Positions 40,801 through 49,810 are shown, numbered from the stretch's first letter. The stretch is DNA of 64,000 nt from an uncultured Candidatus Rokubacteria bacterium (GCA_963754315.1 CAVWFS010000018.1:480001-544000), one strand, 5' to 3'. The notes: a model not told the origin generated them from the letters alone. A program made the numbers and translations.

Positions 40801-41082
40801 CCCCCTGGCGGGCGCGTTTGGGTCCGCGCACTGAGCAGCGACGGGCGCGCGGTCGTCGAGGTGGAAGACACGGGAGTCGGGATCCTACCTGAGCAGATGG
40901 AAACCATCTTCGAGCGCTTCCGTCAAGTGGGGGACACGCTGACGGCGAAGCCAGAAGGCGCCGGGCTCGGGCTGCCGATCAGCCGAGAGATCGTCGCGCA
41001 CCACGGCGGCCTGCTCACCGTCCGGAGCGCGCCGGGACGCGGGTCGTGCTTCCAGATCACTCTGCCTCTCTCGGACGCGTAG
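37831..41082 (+). CDS. sodium:solute symporter-fused sensor histidine kinase (CrbS/CbrA-like) with GAF
   Basis: SLAVYCTSWTFYGSVG, PRQFH SSS domain; GAF; HELRTPL, NLLSNAAKFT, GAGLGL. Confidence 0.93.
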   Translation: MLTAWSIASVAFAYVLGLFAIAYYVDRRAREGTSLIASPVIYSLSLAVYCTSWTFYGSVGRAVASGVGFLPIYLGPTLMAVGWWWVLRKTVRIAKANNITSIADFLGSRYGQSTLLGGVVAVITVVGITPYIALQLKAISQTFEVLLQYPAVTTTLPASASRPFWADTAFGTAVLLIAFGIMFGARDLDSSRRHEGLVATIAFESLVKLLAFLAVGVFVTYGVFGGFADIFSRAAQRPEYARMLGGDPAFSYGDWAALTWLSMMAILFLPRQFHMAVIGNTREGHIKTAMWMFPVYLLLINVFVLPIAFGGVLIFPDASVTAADYFVLTLPMVQHQQGLALFAFIGGISAATGMVIVESIALSTMILNNLVVPSLVRRGMTRDISGLLINAKRLAIAVTILLGYAYYHLIGESYTLVNIGLISFAAVAQFAPAFFGGLYWRRATRQGALAGLSAGFGIWVYTLLLPSFVRSGWIPESLIGEGPFGIAWLRPEQLFGVTGIGSWSNTVFWSVAFNVASFAAVSLYTRPSLLETSQAERFVGVFEGERARAAAPVGVHGLTAERLEELVAKFVGRDKAQEAFGGFVDARGITDGRPLTEADRRELLQFTERTLSGAVGTASAQAILETLAQGATARFETIFDVFGKVSQSLEQSREDLQRRVRELSLLNEATRRIASTLDPQPMMDGVVQLLRQEFEFDVLTIRLRDPDGHLRIKSHVGLPPGTALSQGDPPSRDTYFGECFVDNRVVVVEDAALIRKPVVFPTPEAPEPRSFVHAPIAVEEQPLGVLSVYSSTGRVYFSPEFLQFFRTLAVQLGLGIQNAQLYRELGDLSRELEAKVRQRTAELEEANQRLTELDRLKSDFVSTVSHELRTPLTAIRSLSESLLEGRANISGERQQQFLAIITQESQRLSRMINQLLDLSRIEAGKMEWRSESFDLREVVAQAVLTNHALFDDKAIELETSPFPDRVPVLADRDKIIQVLTNLLSNAAKFTPPGGRVWVRALSSDGRAVVEVEDTGVGILPEQMETIFERFRQVGDTLTAKPEGAGLGLPISREIVAHHGGLLTVRSAPGRGSCFQITLPLSDA

Positions 41083-41083
41083 C

Positions 41084-41131
41084 GTCCTGCTCGTGCTCAA
41101 CGTGATCGTGACGCTGCTGTTGTTCATGGCC
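41084..41131 (+). pseudogene. relic of a YggT-like gene
   Basis: 40/48 nt identical to 32361-32408; no start codon or continuation. Confidence 0.6.
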
Positions 41132-41229
41132 GCGGGTCTCGACAGTCCAGGAAGGCAAGGCCGCGATGGCGCGGCTCACGGGAGGCGAGCCCGTCAGCTA
41201 GCCCCTGTCTGAACCGGGAGAGGACGCCC

Positions 41230-42474
41230 TTGGCTCCAGGATCTGCGCTGCCGCTCTACGCGTTGCTGCCGTTCTGTCTCATGCTGCTGGGAATCGCGGT
41301 GTTCCCGCTGTGGCGGCCGCACTGGTGGGAGAGCAACCGGAACAAGCTGCTGATGGCCTGCGCGCTGGGTCTGCCCATCCTTGGCCTCTACCTGAGGCGG
41401 CGGCCCGGGGCCCTGGTGGCGATGGGCGAGGAATATCTCTCGTTCATCATCCTGCTGGCTGGCCTCTACGTCATCTCGGGGGGCGTGTTGCTTCGGGGCG
41501 ACCTGGTCGCCACGCCCCTCACCAATGCCGGGTTTCTGGCAGTCGGGTCGGTGCTGGCCTCCTTCGTCGGTACTACGGGAGCGTCCATGCTCCTCATCCG
41601 CCCACTACTGCAGACCAACCAGGAGCGGACACGAGTCAAGCACACGGTGGTCTTCTTCATCTTCACCGTGTCGAACATCGGGGGCATGCTGACTCCGCTC
41701 GGCGATCCTCCCTTGTTCCTGGGCTACCTGCAGGGGGTCCCGTTCGTGTGGACCTTCCGGCTATTGCCGCACTGGCTCGTGATGGTCGCGACCCTGCTGG
41801 TGGTTTACTTCGTCTGGGACTCGACCCAGTACCCGCGCGAGCCGATCGCGGCAATCGTCCGGGATCGGACCCGGCTCGAGCCCCTGCGGGTGCTGGGGGG
41901 CCTGAACGCGCTCTGGATGATCGGAGTGCTGCTGGCGGTCGCCTTCCTTCGGGCGCCTGTGCGGGAGCTCATGATCGTGGCGTTGGTCGGGATTTCGCTC
42001 TGGGGGACACCGCGCGAGATCCGCCGTGCCAACGGCTTCACGACCTATCCCATCGTGGAGGTTGCCGTCCTCTTCTTCGGGATCTTCCTGACAATGATTC
42101 CGGCGCTGGAGATGCTGCACATGCGGGGGCGGGAGCTGGGCGTCCGCCAGCCCTGGCAGTTCTTCTGGGCAACCGGCGCGCTCTCATCCTTCCTAGACAA
42201 TGCGCCGACCTACCTCGTGTTTCTCGCCCTTGGTCAGGGCCTCGGGCTTGCCGACGAGGTGGTCGGGGTGCCCCATGCCATCCTGAAAGCCATCAGCGTG
42301 GGCGCCGTGGCTATGGGCGCCAACACGTATATCGGCAATGCCCCCAATTTCATGGTGAAGTCTATCGCCGAGGGGGCGGGAGTCAGGATGCCGAGCTTCT
42401 TCGGCTACATGGTGTACAGCGGCTTCGTGCTGATTCCCCTGTTCGCCGCCGTGACCTTACTCCTTTTTGCCTGA
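41230..42474 (+). CDS. ion transporter superfamily permease (putative Na+/H+ antiporter or carboxylate transporter)
   Basis: GTTGASMLLIRP, NIGGMLTPLGDPPL, SSFLDNAPTY, TYIGNAPN. Confidence 0.88.
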   Translation: MAPGSALPLYALLPFCLMLLGIAVFPLWRPHWWESNRNKLLMACALGLPILGLYLRRRPGALVAMGEEYLSFIILLAGLYVISGGVLLRGDLVATPLTNAGFLAVGSVLASFVGTTGASMLLIRPLLQTNQERTRVKHTVVFFIFTVSNIGGMLTPLGDPPLFLGYLQGVPFVWTFRLLPHWLVMVATLLVVYFVWDSTQYPREPIAAIVRDRTRLEPLRVLGGLNALWMIGVLLAVAFLRAPVRELMIVALVGISLWGTPREIRRANGFTTYPIVEVAVLFFGIFLTMIPALEMLHMRGRELGVRQPWQFFWATGALSSFLDNAPTYLVFLALGQGLGLADEVVGVPHAILKAISVGAVAMGANTYIGNAPNFMVKSIAEGAGVRMPSFFGYMVYSGFVLIPLFAAVTLLLFA

Positions 42475-42666
42475 TGCTCTGGCTCACACGATATCGGCCG
42501 ACGCGGTGGATCACCGTCACCATGCTAGTCTGACCGTCCTGGATGCCGTGTGAACGCGCGGGTAGCGGCGCCTGAGTTCCGGATCCACACGGCGTTCCAG
42601 TCGCGCACGACGGTGCGAAGAGGGGTTCGGCCCCTCGGGGAGGCCTTGAAGCGATTGCCGCGGATC

Positions 42667-42760
42667 TTCTATCTCGTCTGGGACTCGACCCAGTACGCAC
42701 ACGAGCGCCCAGCGCATCGTTTCAGGATTGGACCCGGCGCGAGGCCCTTCGGGTTCTGCG
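42667..42760 (+). pseudogene. relic duplicate of the antiporter gene
   Basis: 23-nt exact match of 42674-42696 to 41810-41832, with similarity continuing downstream. Confidence 0.65.
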
Positions 42761-42810
42761 AGACCTCGGGGGGCTCTCGATAATCGGAGTGGGGCAGCGG
42801 TGCGCGCGGG

Positions 42811-42950
42811 GGGCGGTACGGCAAGTCATGTTCGCAGCGCTGCTCGGCACTCGGTGAGGCGTTGAGGACCGCCGAGGTCCTGGTCAGGCTGTTCGGGCTT
42901 CTCGACAAGCGGGACGTCCGGTCGTTAGGCCAGGCTGTGGCGGCCCGACA
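42811..42950 (+). pseudogene. relic of the DEDDh exonuclease C-terminus
   Basis: RCSALGEALRTAEVLVRLFGLLDKRDVRSLGQAVAA vs RHSALGDALATADVLVRLLPLLRKREIVTIGQALAA. Confidence 0.65.
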
Positions 42951-43144
42951 CCTACGGCTGGACCTCCCGAGGTCCGCTAGGCGCCCCGTTGCCCCTCTGA
43001 GGGGCATCCTGGCTGTAGCAGGGGCGGGAGAAAGCGCCCGGGGATCGGGCAATTCGCCCTCTCCCGTCTCTGGCGGGTCGCCCCCGGCCCTTCCATTCTC
43101 TTTTGTTTCAGATAATTGCGAAATTCTTGCATCCCAGCAACCGA

Positions 43145-43160
43145 CGGCACCTCCGTTGCA
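43145..43160 (+). promoter_or_regulatory. putative sigma54 promoter
   Basis: CGGCAC-CTCCG-TTGCA preceded by an AT-rich tract. Confidence 0.6.
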
Positions 43161-43203
43161 TCTTACGAAGCGCCAGAAAATGAATGCAATGGGAGGAAGA
43201 TCG

Positions 43204-43602
43204 ATGAGAGGGATGCGGGAGCGGCTCGAGAAGGACCTTACCCTGGCAGTGAACCGGCTTCGTCATATGGGCGGGGTGGCCCTGGAAGAGCTTCCCGGTT
43301 CAAACTGGGACAACACGCCGTTCGCCGACGAGGTCGATGAGATCGTGGCTAACGAGGAACGCGAGATCCGGCTCGGCACACGCGAGTTGCTCGTCGAGCG
43401 GGTGAACCGTATCACAGCAGCGTTGGATCGCCTGGGCACCGGGGAATACGGTACCTGTGTGGAGTGCGGCGAGGCCATCGCGCCGGCTCGCCTGCGCGTT
43501 ATGCCCGAAGTCGAGACGTGCGTGCGTTGTCAGGATCGCATCGAGCGCCTGGGTCGCAACATGCAGAGGTTCGAGGTGGAGGTCGGCGTCGACGACGACT
43601 AG
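43204..43602 (+). CDS. TraR/DksA family C4 zinc-finger protein
   Basis: ADEVDE coiled-coil tip; YGTCVECGEAI..RL..MPE..TCVRCQ; GGAGG RBS. Confidence 0.9.
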   Translation: MRGMRERLEKDLTLAVNRLRHMGGVALEELPGSNWDNTPFADEVDEIVANEEREIRLGTRELLVERVNRITAALDRLGTGEYGTCVECGEAIAPARLRVMPEVETCVRCQDRIERLGRNMQRFEVEVGVDDD

Positions 43603-43634
43603 AAATCAAGGCTGACACAAGCGTTATCTTCTTC

Positions 43635-43666
43635 GGAGGGGGCGGGATCGACATCCGCCCCCTCTG
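43635..43666 (+). terminator. hairpin after the dksA-like gene
   Basis: GGAGGGGGCGG / CCGCCCCCTCT inverted repeat. Confidence 0.5.
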
Positions 43667-43719
43667 GCGTTCCATCGACTCCAGTGCGTCCTCGCGGTGG
43701 GGTCGTGTAAGTTAGGGCC

Positions 43720-44340
43720 GTGCGCACGCCCGTCCTCGATCTTCTGCGACCCGGGTTTCATGCTCTCAGCCGCGCCTATTTCGGGCTCGAGCTGGTCGGG
43801 ACCGAGAACATTCCCTTGCGGGGGCCCCTCATCATCACGCCCAATCACCAGACCTACGCGGATCCGCCACTGGTCAGCATTCCCGTTCGACGCCCCATCT
43901 ACTACATGGCGTGGGATCGGCTCTTCCAGATTCCCCTCCTGAGCTGGACGATCAGGCGACTGCGCGCCTTCCCGGTACGCCTGGAGTCGCAGAACCCAAC
44001 GGCGACGCGGGAGGCTGTCCGTCTTCTCGAAGCTGAGGAAGCCCTGATGATCTTCCCGGAGGGAGGCCGGAGCCCAGACGGCTCCGTGGGGCCCTTCAGG
44101 CCTGGCGCCTTCCGGCTCGCCGTCGCCCTCAACGCGCCGATCCTTCCGGTGAGCATCCACGGCGGAACGGCGTCGTGGCCCCCGGGACGACTCCTTCCCA
44201 GGCCGGGGAACCTCAGGATCACGTATCATCCACTGCTGCACTCAGACCGCAGCCTCGAACCTCGTCAGGCCGCCATCGAGTTGGCGCGACGGGTACGCGA
44301 TCTCATCGCAGGAGCCCTGGCCCCTGCCCGGGCAGGATGA
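43720..44340 (+). CDS. plsC: 1-acyl-sn-glycerol-3-phosphate acyltransferase
   Basis: NHQTYAD, FPEGGRS. Confidence 0.88.
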   Translation: MRTPVLDLLRPGFHALSRAYFGLELVGTENIPLRGPLIITPNHQTYADPPLVSIPVRRPIYYMAWDRLFQIPLLSWTIRRLRAFPVRLESQNPTATREAVRLLEAEEALMIFPEGGRSPDGSVGPFRPGAFRLAVALNAPILPVSIHGGTASWPPGRLLPRPGNLRITYHPLLHSDRSLEPRQAAIELARRVRDLIAGALAPARAG

Positions 44341-44345
44341 ACAAC

Positions 44346-45236
44346 TCAGAAGGTCGTGACAGGCTCGGCGACACTAGGGCTCATCCAGGCGACTGGCATC
44401 AAGGGCGTCGAGTGCGCGAATCCTATACGCCCCCGCCAGTCGATCAGGATCAATCCCCCGGCGCCGCGTCCTTCCTCGACGAGGAGGTCAATGGCGACTC
44501 GAGCGGCGTACTCCGGGTCCGCCGCTTCCTTGAGGTACTCGAGCGCGCGTCGGGCCAGGGTGACTCGAATGATGGCTTCCCCGGTCCCGGTGCAGGAGAC
44601 GCCGCCGATCGTGCTGTCCGCATACGTTCCTGCTCCGATGATGGCGCTATCCCCCACCCGGCCGGGCCGCTTGCCGGCTAGCCCGCCCGTGGACGTCGCC
44701 GCAGCGACCGTTCCGTGGCGGTCCAGGGCCACGGCGCCCACGGTGCCACCGGCGAGCGTGCCGTCGGCTGGGCGGGCGCGCTGGTTGTCCGTCACCAGGG
44801 AAGCGGGATCACACTCGGGAAGGCACATCTCGCGGGCGAACCGGTGCGCGCCGTCCGCCACCAACAGCACGTGGCGCTCGTCTTCGAGGACGTGGCGCGC
44901 GAGGACGATCGGGTGCGCGACCCGAGAGACCGCACCCACTGCACCACAGCGGAGCGTGTCTCCCTCCATGATCGAGGCATCCATCTCGATGGTCCCCTCG
45001 GATGTCAGCACCGAGCCGCGCCCGGCGTTGAAACGTGGGTTATCCTCCAGCACGCGGACGGCGGCCTCCACGGCGTCGAGAGCGCGCCCGTTTTCGACGA
45101 GCACCCGCCAGCCGGCCAGGACGGCGGCGCGCGCGCCCGCCCGCAATTCGATGCGCTCCCCCTGCGGATCGGCACCGGCCCCGCCATGAACGATGATGGA
45201 GGGTACACGGAGGGAAGCGATCGGCGTGATCGTCAT
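44346..45236 (-). CDS. iaaA: isoaspartyl peptidase / L-asparaginase (Ntn hydrolase)
   Basis: HGGAG, FNAGRGS, EMDASIM, GTVGAVA, TSTGG, GRVGDS, TGTGE. Confidence 0.93.
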   Translation of the reverse strand: MTITPIASLRVPSIIVHGGAGADPQGERIELRAGARAAVLAGWRVLVENGRALDAVEAAVRVLEDNPRFNAGRGSVLTSEGTIEMDASIMEGDTLRCGAVGAVSRVAHPIVLARHVLEDERHVLLVADGAHRFAREMCLPECDPASLVTDNQRARPADGTLAGGTVGAVALDRHGTVAAATSTGGLAGKRPGRVGDSAIIGAGTYADSTIGGVSCTGTGEAIIRVTLARRALEYLKEAADPEYAARVAIDLLVEEGRGAGGLILIDWRGRIGFAHSTPLMPVAWMSPSVAEPVTTF

Positions 45237-45962
45237 CGTTCAGAGACGGGGCGGGGGAGGCAGGGAAGGTCCCTCGCGCGTCTCAACGCGAGGATCGTTC
45301 GGTGCCGTCGCTGTCCGCGCCTCGTCGCGCACCGCGAGGCCGTCGCCGCAAGTCCGCCGCCCCGCCACCATGACGAAGACTACTGGGCCCGGCCCTTGCC
45401 GGGGTTCGGAGATCCGCGAGCGCGGCTCTTGCTGGTGGGGTTGGCGCCCGCTGCCCACGGTGGAAACCGCACGGGTCGGATGTTCACCGGTGACCAAAGT
45501 GGAGCGTGGCTGTTCCGTGCCCTCCACGAGGCGGGGTTCGCCACCCGTCCGATCTCCGAGCGGCGCGATGATCCTCTGAAGTTGCGCGACACGTACATCA
45601 CCGCGGCCGCCCGCTGTGCTCCTCCCTTGAACAAGCCGTCGCGCGAGGAGTTGGCTGCCTGCCAAGGGTATCTGCTGGAGGAGTTGAGGCTTCTGCACCG
45701 GGTCAGGGTGGTGGTGGGTCTGGGCCGCATCGGCTGGACCGCCTACCTCAGGGCGCGCCGCGTGCTTGGCGCGCCGCCCCCCTCTCTCACCCCGACCTTT
45801 GGTCACAACGTCTCCACCGGCTTCGTGGATGGGTGCGTCCTGATCGGTTGCTATCATCCCAGCCAGCAGAACACGTTCACCGGAAAGCTAACCCGGTCAA
45901 TGCTACTCGACGTGTTTGTCACCGCGCGGCGGCTGCTGGAGCAACCCCGTCACACCGGCTAG
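45186..45962 (+). CDS. udgB: family 5 uracil-DNA glycosylase with Fe-S cluster (start uncertain; homology begins near 45280)
   Basis: CRRCPRL, GLAPAAHGGNRTGRMFTGD, RCAPPLNKP, YHPSQQN. Confidence 0.88.
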   Translation: MNDDGGYTEGSDRRDRHRSETGRGRQGRSLARLNARIVRCRRCPRLVAHREAVAASPPPRHHDEDYWARPLPGFGDPRARLLLVGLAPAAHGGNRTGRMFTGDQSGAWLFRALHEAGFATRPISERRDDPLKLRDTYITAAARCAPPLNKPSREELAACQGYLLEELRLLHRVRVVVGLGRIGWTAYLRARRVLGAPPPSLTPTFGHNVSTGFVDGCVLIGCYHPSQQNTFTGKLTRSMLLDVFVTARRLLEQPRHTG

Positions 45963-46004
45963 CCGATCATATGGGGTGTGTGCCATGGAGGAGCTGAATC
46001 GTCC

Positions 46005-46038
46005 CGAGGAGCGCCCCAGGGGTCCCCGTGGTACCCGG
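46005..46038 (-). repeat. palindromic repeat family, partial copy E
   Basis: reverse complement ...ACGGGGACCCCTGGGGCGCTCCTCG matches the 3' half of copy B; between convergent genes. Confidence 0.55.
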
Positions 46039-46064
46039 CAGGGTGGGCCATTTGCGCCGCAAGG

Positions 46065-47108
46065 TCAATCGACGAGATCCGAGGCCAGGCGAGGCCGCTC
46101 GGCGACCGTGAGAGTCAACTCTCGGTGTTGACCGTCCCGCAGGAGCGTGACCTTCACGCGCTGTCCGGGACGCAGGGTTCTGACCTTGTTCAAATAGTCG
46201 AGGTGGGAGCGAATCGGTGTGCCGTGAATGGACGTGAGAATATCCCCGCCCAGCAGATACTCTTCGCCCTGGATCACCACCGAGAGGTTGCCACCCCGGA
46301 TGCCTGCCCGTTCCGCTGGACTGCCGTCGTACACCACTTCGACCAAGTATCCCGGCGTGACAGGCAGTCGAATAATGCCGCCGAGCCGGTTGTCGATCTC
46401 GCGCCCCTGGATGCCCAGCCAGGGCCTGACCACCCGACCCACCTCCCGGAGATCCTTCAGGATGGTCTTGGCGGCATTGACGGGCACGGCAAAGCCAATG
46501 CTCTGGGCGTCCTCCGAGATGAATGTGTTGATGCCGACCACGTTGCCACAGCGATCGAAAAGTGGGCCCCCGGAGTTTCCCGGATTGATCGGCGCGTCCG
46601 TTTGGATCATCGGCTGATCGGATACCCCTGAGAGGAGCCGGTTGAGCGCGCTCACGATGCCACGCGTCATGGTTTGATCAAGCCCGATGGGATTACCAAT
46701 CACGACCACCTCCTCGCCAACCTTGAGGGTTGCCGAATCGCCCAGACGAGCCGTGCTGAGGACGGTGTTCGTCTCCAGGCGTAGCAAGGCGAGGTCGAGC
46801 ACGGTGTCGAGACCAACGATGCGGGCTGGAACCTTTTCCTTTGAATCGAGGGTCACCGAGAGAGAGGCCGCCCCGTCCACGACGTGGGCGTTGGTGAGAA
46901 CCTGGCCGTCGCGCTCGATGATGACTCCGGAGCCCACCACGGTCTCGAAGCGCCGGTGAGGCTTGGCCTTGTTGATCTTCATGGCCTGGATCGATACGAC
47001 GGATGGCGAGGCGCGTTCGAAGAGGGTGGTCAATGGCTCGTTGCAGGTGGCCGCAAGGGCTGGCGGGGAGGTGAGCAGGAACAGGGCAATCGCCAACCGG
47101 ACGTGCAT
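46065..47108 (-). CDS. htrA: HtrA/DegP-family serine protease with one PDZ domain
   Basis: signal peptide, TNAHVV, DLALL, TDAPINPGNSGG, PDZ. Confidence 0.93.
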   Translation of the reverse strand: MHVRLAIALFLLTSPPALAATCNEPLTTLFERASPSVVSIQAMKINKAKPHRRFETVVGSGVIIERDGQVLTNAHVVDGAASLSVTLDSKEKVPARIVGLDTVLDLALLRLETNTVLSTARLGDSATLKVGEEVVVIGNPIGLDQTMTRGIVSALNRLLSGVSDQPMIQTDAPINPGNSGGPLFDRCGNVVGINTFISEDAQSIGFAVPVNAAKTILKDLREVGRVVRPWLGIQGREIDNRLGGIIRLPVTPGYLVEVVYDGSPAERAGIRGGNLSVVIQGEEYLLGGDILTSIHGTPIRSHLDYLNKVRTLRPGQRVKVTLLRDGQHRELTLTVAERPRLASDLVD

Positions 47109-47163
47109 GCAACGCGATGATACACCAGGCGGGGGGACGTCCAGGGGGCGGTATACTTTCCGT

Positions 47164-48468
47164 GTGCTGCGCGTTCTCGTTGTCGGCTTAGTCCTACTGG
47201 GATGGTCGGCGCCGACGCTCGCCGCCGACGCGGTGACAGCGACGACCCTGGCCAACGGGCTGCGTGTCCTGCTCGTCGAGGACCACCGCAGCCCCGTGGT
47301 GTCCTTCCAGGTGTGGTATCGCGTGGGATCGCGAAACGAGCCCCGCGGCCGGACCGGTCTGGCCCATTTCCTCGAGCACATGATGTTCAAGGGCACACCC
47401 ACCCATGGGCCTCGGCAATATTCCCGGTTGATCGAGCAGAACGGTGGCCAGGACAACGCCTTCACCAGCCAGGACGTCACCGCCTACTACGTCAGCATTG
47501 CGGGCGACCGCCTCAACCTCGTGATCGATCTCGAGGCGGATCGTCTCCAGAATCTCTTGCTCGACCCCAAGGAGATCGACTCCGAGCGCGAGGTGGTGCT
47601 CGAAGAACGACGGACACGGACTGAGGACGATCCCGCCGGTTTCTTGGCGGAGGAGGTGAGCTCGATCGCGTTCAGGGCGCATCCGTATGGCCAGCCGATC
47701 GTCGGATGGTCGGAGGATGTAGCGCGCGTGACTCCCGAAGCGATGCGCGCCTTTTACCGAACCTACTATGCTCCCAACAACGCGATGGTGGTGGCCGTGG
47801 GAGCCTTCCGCGCGGCGGAGGTTCTCGAGAGGATCAAGGCCCGTTTCGGGCCCATCGCGCGGGGTGTCGACCCTCCGCCGGTTCTGGCCATCGAGCCGCG
47901 CCAGAACGGCGAGCGCCGAGTGGTCGTGACACGGCAAGCCGAACTGCCGATCGTCTACATCGGGTATCACGTGCCCACTCACACGTCAGGCGATGCGCCG
48001 GCCCTCACGGTGTTGTCGACGGTGCTCTCCGGCGGTCGAGCCTCACGCCTATATCGCTCCCTCGTCTACGAGACCCAGGTTGCCCTGGAAGCGGGCGGCG
48101 ACTATTCCTCCTTCATGCTCGACCCGTACCTCTTCTGGTTCTGGGCCACTCCGCTTCCGGGGCAGACACCGGAGAAGGTCGAGGCCGCATTGCTGGCCCA
48201 GGTGGAGCGACTGAAGGCCGAGCCCGTGCAGGACGAGGAGCTCCAGCGTGCGAAGAACCAGCTCGAGGCCGATTTCATCTTCGCGCAGGACTCCGTTCAC
48301 CGACGCGCGACCCAGCTCGCCCGCTTCGAGCTGACGGGGGGCTACGCGCTCCTGGCGACGTACCTCGACAGGATCCGTGGGGTAACCGCCAGTGATCTGA
48401 TGCGGGTGGCCGGCACCTATTTCCCGCCCGAGGGGAAGAGCGTCGGCGTGCTTCTGCCCAGGCGCTGA
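47164..48468 (+). CDS. M16 zinc peptidase, catalytic subunit
   Basis: signal peptide; HFLEHMMFKG (HxxEH), NAFTS, EREVVLEER. Confidence 0.93.
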   Translation: MLRVLVVGLVLLGWSAPTLAADAVTATTLANGLRVLLVEDHRSPVVSFQVWYRVGSRNEPRGRTGLAHFLEHMMFKGTPTHGPRQYSRLIEQNGGQDNAFTSQDVTAYYVSIAGDRLNLVIDLEADRLQNLLLDPKEIDSEREVVLEERRTRTEDDPAGFLAEEVSSIAFRAHPYGQPIVGWSEDVARVTPEAMRAFYRTYYAPNNAMVVAVGAFRAAEVLERIKARFGPIARGVDPPPVLAIEPRQNGERRVVVTRQAELPIVYIGYHVPTHTSGDAPALTVLSTVLSGGRASRLYRSLVYETQVALEAGGDYSSFMLDPYLFWFWATPLPGQTPEKVEAALLAQVERLKAEPVQDEELQRAKNQLEADFIFAQDSVHRRATQLARFELTGGYALLATYLDRIRGVTASDLMRVAGTYFPPEGKSVGVLLPRR

Positions 48469-48484
48469 GACGGAGAGGGGCCGC

Positions 48485-49810
48485 GTGGGCTTGCGTCGGT
48501 CGTGGGGGGTGCTAGGCACGGCCCTTATCGTCTTCGCCTTGTTCCCGACGCGCGCCCTGGGCGCGACAACCGCCCTCGCGCAGCGGGAGGTGCTGCCGAA
48601 CGGAATCGTCCTGCTGGTGTCCCATCGTCCGGCTGTCCCCATCGTGGCGGTCCGGGTCTATGTGCGGGGCGCCGGCGCTGCCTTCGATCCACCCGATCGC
48701 CAAGGGCTAGCCAACCTCACCGGGACCCTCCTGAGCCGTGGGACAGCGAAGCGCAACGCCACCCAGCTGGATGCGGCGATCGAGTTCGTCGGGGGAAGCC
48801 TGGAAACCGGCGCCGATCGCGACGGGCTGATGGTGGCCGTTGACGTGTTGAGGAAGGACCTCGTCCTGGGACTGGATCTGCTGAGCGAAGTGCTGCTGGC
48901 GCCGGCCTTTCCCCCCGATGAGCTGACACGCAAGGTGAAGGAGATCCAGGCGTCCATCCAGCGGGTGGAAGAGAGCCCGGATGGCCTGGCTGCTCGCGCC
49001 TTGCGCCGGCTTGTGTTCGCGCCCCACCCGTACGCCTGGCCCGCCGAGGGGACACGCGAATCGGTCGCGAAGCTGACACACGCGGACGTTGTCGGGTTCT
49101 ATCGGAGGCACGCGCGGCCAGACACGACCGTCATCGCCGTGGTCGGCGCCGTCACGGTGGACGATGCCCGTCGCGAGATTCTCGCTCGCTTCGGCCGCTG
49201 GGTACGACCGGCGACCGCTCCGCCAGACTTGCCCATGGCCAGCGCCGGTGGACCTCGTCGCACCGAGGCGATCAGCCGTGAGCTTGCCCAGTCGACCATC
49301 CTCATGGGCCGTCAGGCCATCCGGCAGACAGACCCCGATTACTTTGCCCTGGCCGTGGCCTCATACATCCTCGGCGGGGGGTCGTCTTCGCGTCTCTATG
49401 GCCGGGTCCGCGAGCAGGAGGGACTGGCGTACTCCGTGTGGAGTGATGTCGCCCCCGCCCGCTACGGAGCCTGGCTGACCGTGGGGGCTCAGACACGGGC
49501 CGCCGCCGGCGGGAAGGTCATCGATCTCCTTCACGACGAGCTGGCACGCATGGGCCGCGAGCCGGTCAGCGACCGTGAGCTCGAGCTGGCCAAGGCGTTC
49601 CTCATCGGAAGCTTCCCTCTCCGGTTAGACACGACGGCCAAGGTCGCCAACTTCATTGTCGCCACCGAAGCGCAGGGATTGGGTCTGGACTACGCCGACC
49701 GATATCGCGAGGCGGTAGCTCGGGTAACGACGGCGGACGTCCAGCGGGTGGGCGCTCGTTTGTTCGCCCCCGACAGCCTCAGCCGGGTTGTGGTGGGGCC
49801 GACTCCATGA
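48485..49810 (+). CDS. M16 peptidase, non-catalytic partner subunit
   Basis: M16 fold lacking HxxEH; SSRLYGRVREQEGLAY. Confidence 0.9.
   Translation: MGLRRSWGVLGTALIVFALFPTRALGATTALAQREVLPNGIVLLVSHRPAVPIVAVRVYVRGAGAAFDPPDRQGLANLTGTLLSRGTAKRNATQLDAAIEFVGGSLETGADRDGLMVAVDVLRKDLVLGLDLLSEVLLAPAFPPDELTRKVKEIQASIQRVEESPDGLAARALRRLVFAPHPYAWPAEGTRESVAKLTHADVVGFYRRHARPDTTVIAVVGAVTVDDARREILARFGRWVRPATAPPDLPMASAGGPRRTEAISRELAQSTILMGRQAIRQTDPDYFALAVASYILGGGSSSRLYGRVREQEGLAYSVWSDVAPARYGAWLTVGAQTRAAAGGKVIDLLHDELARMGREPVSDRELELAKAFLIGSFPLRLDTTAKVANFIVATEAQGLGLDYADRYREAVARVTTADVQRVGARLFAPDSLSRVVVGPTP

Noticed and set aside
42862..43203. Long N-terminal extension of the DksA-like ORF
   Set aside because: It consists of the exonuclease relic and promoter DNA; the RBS supports a start at 43204.
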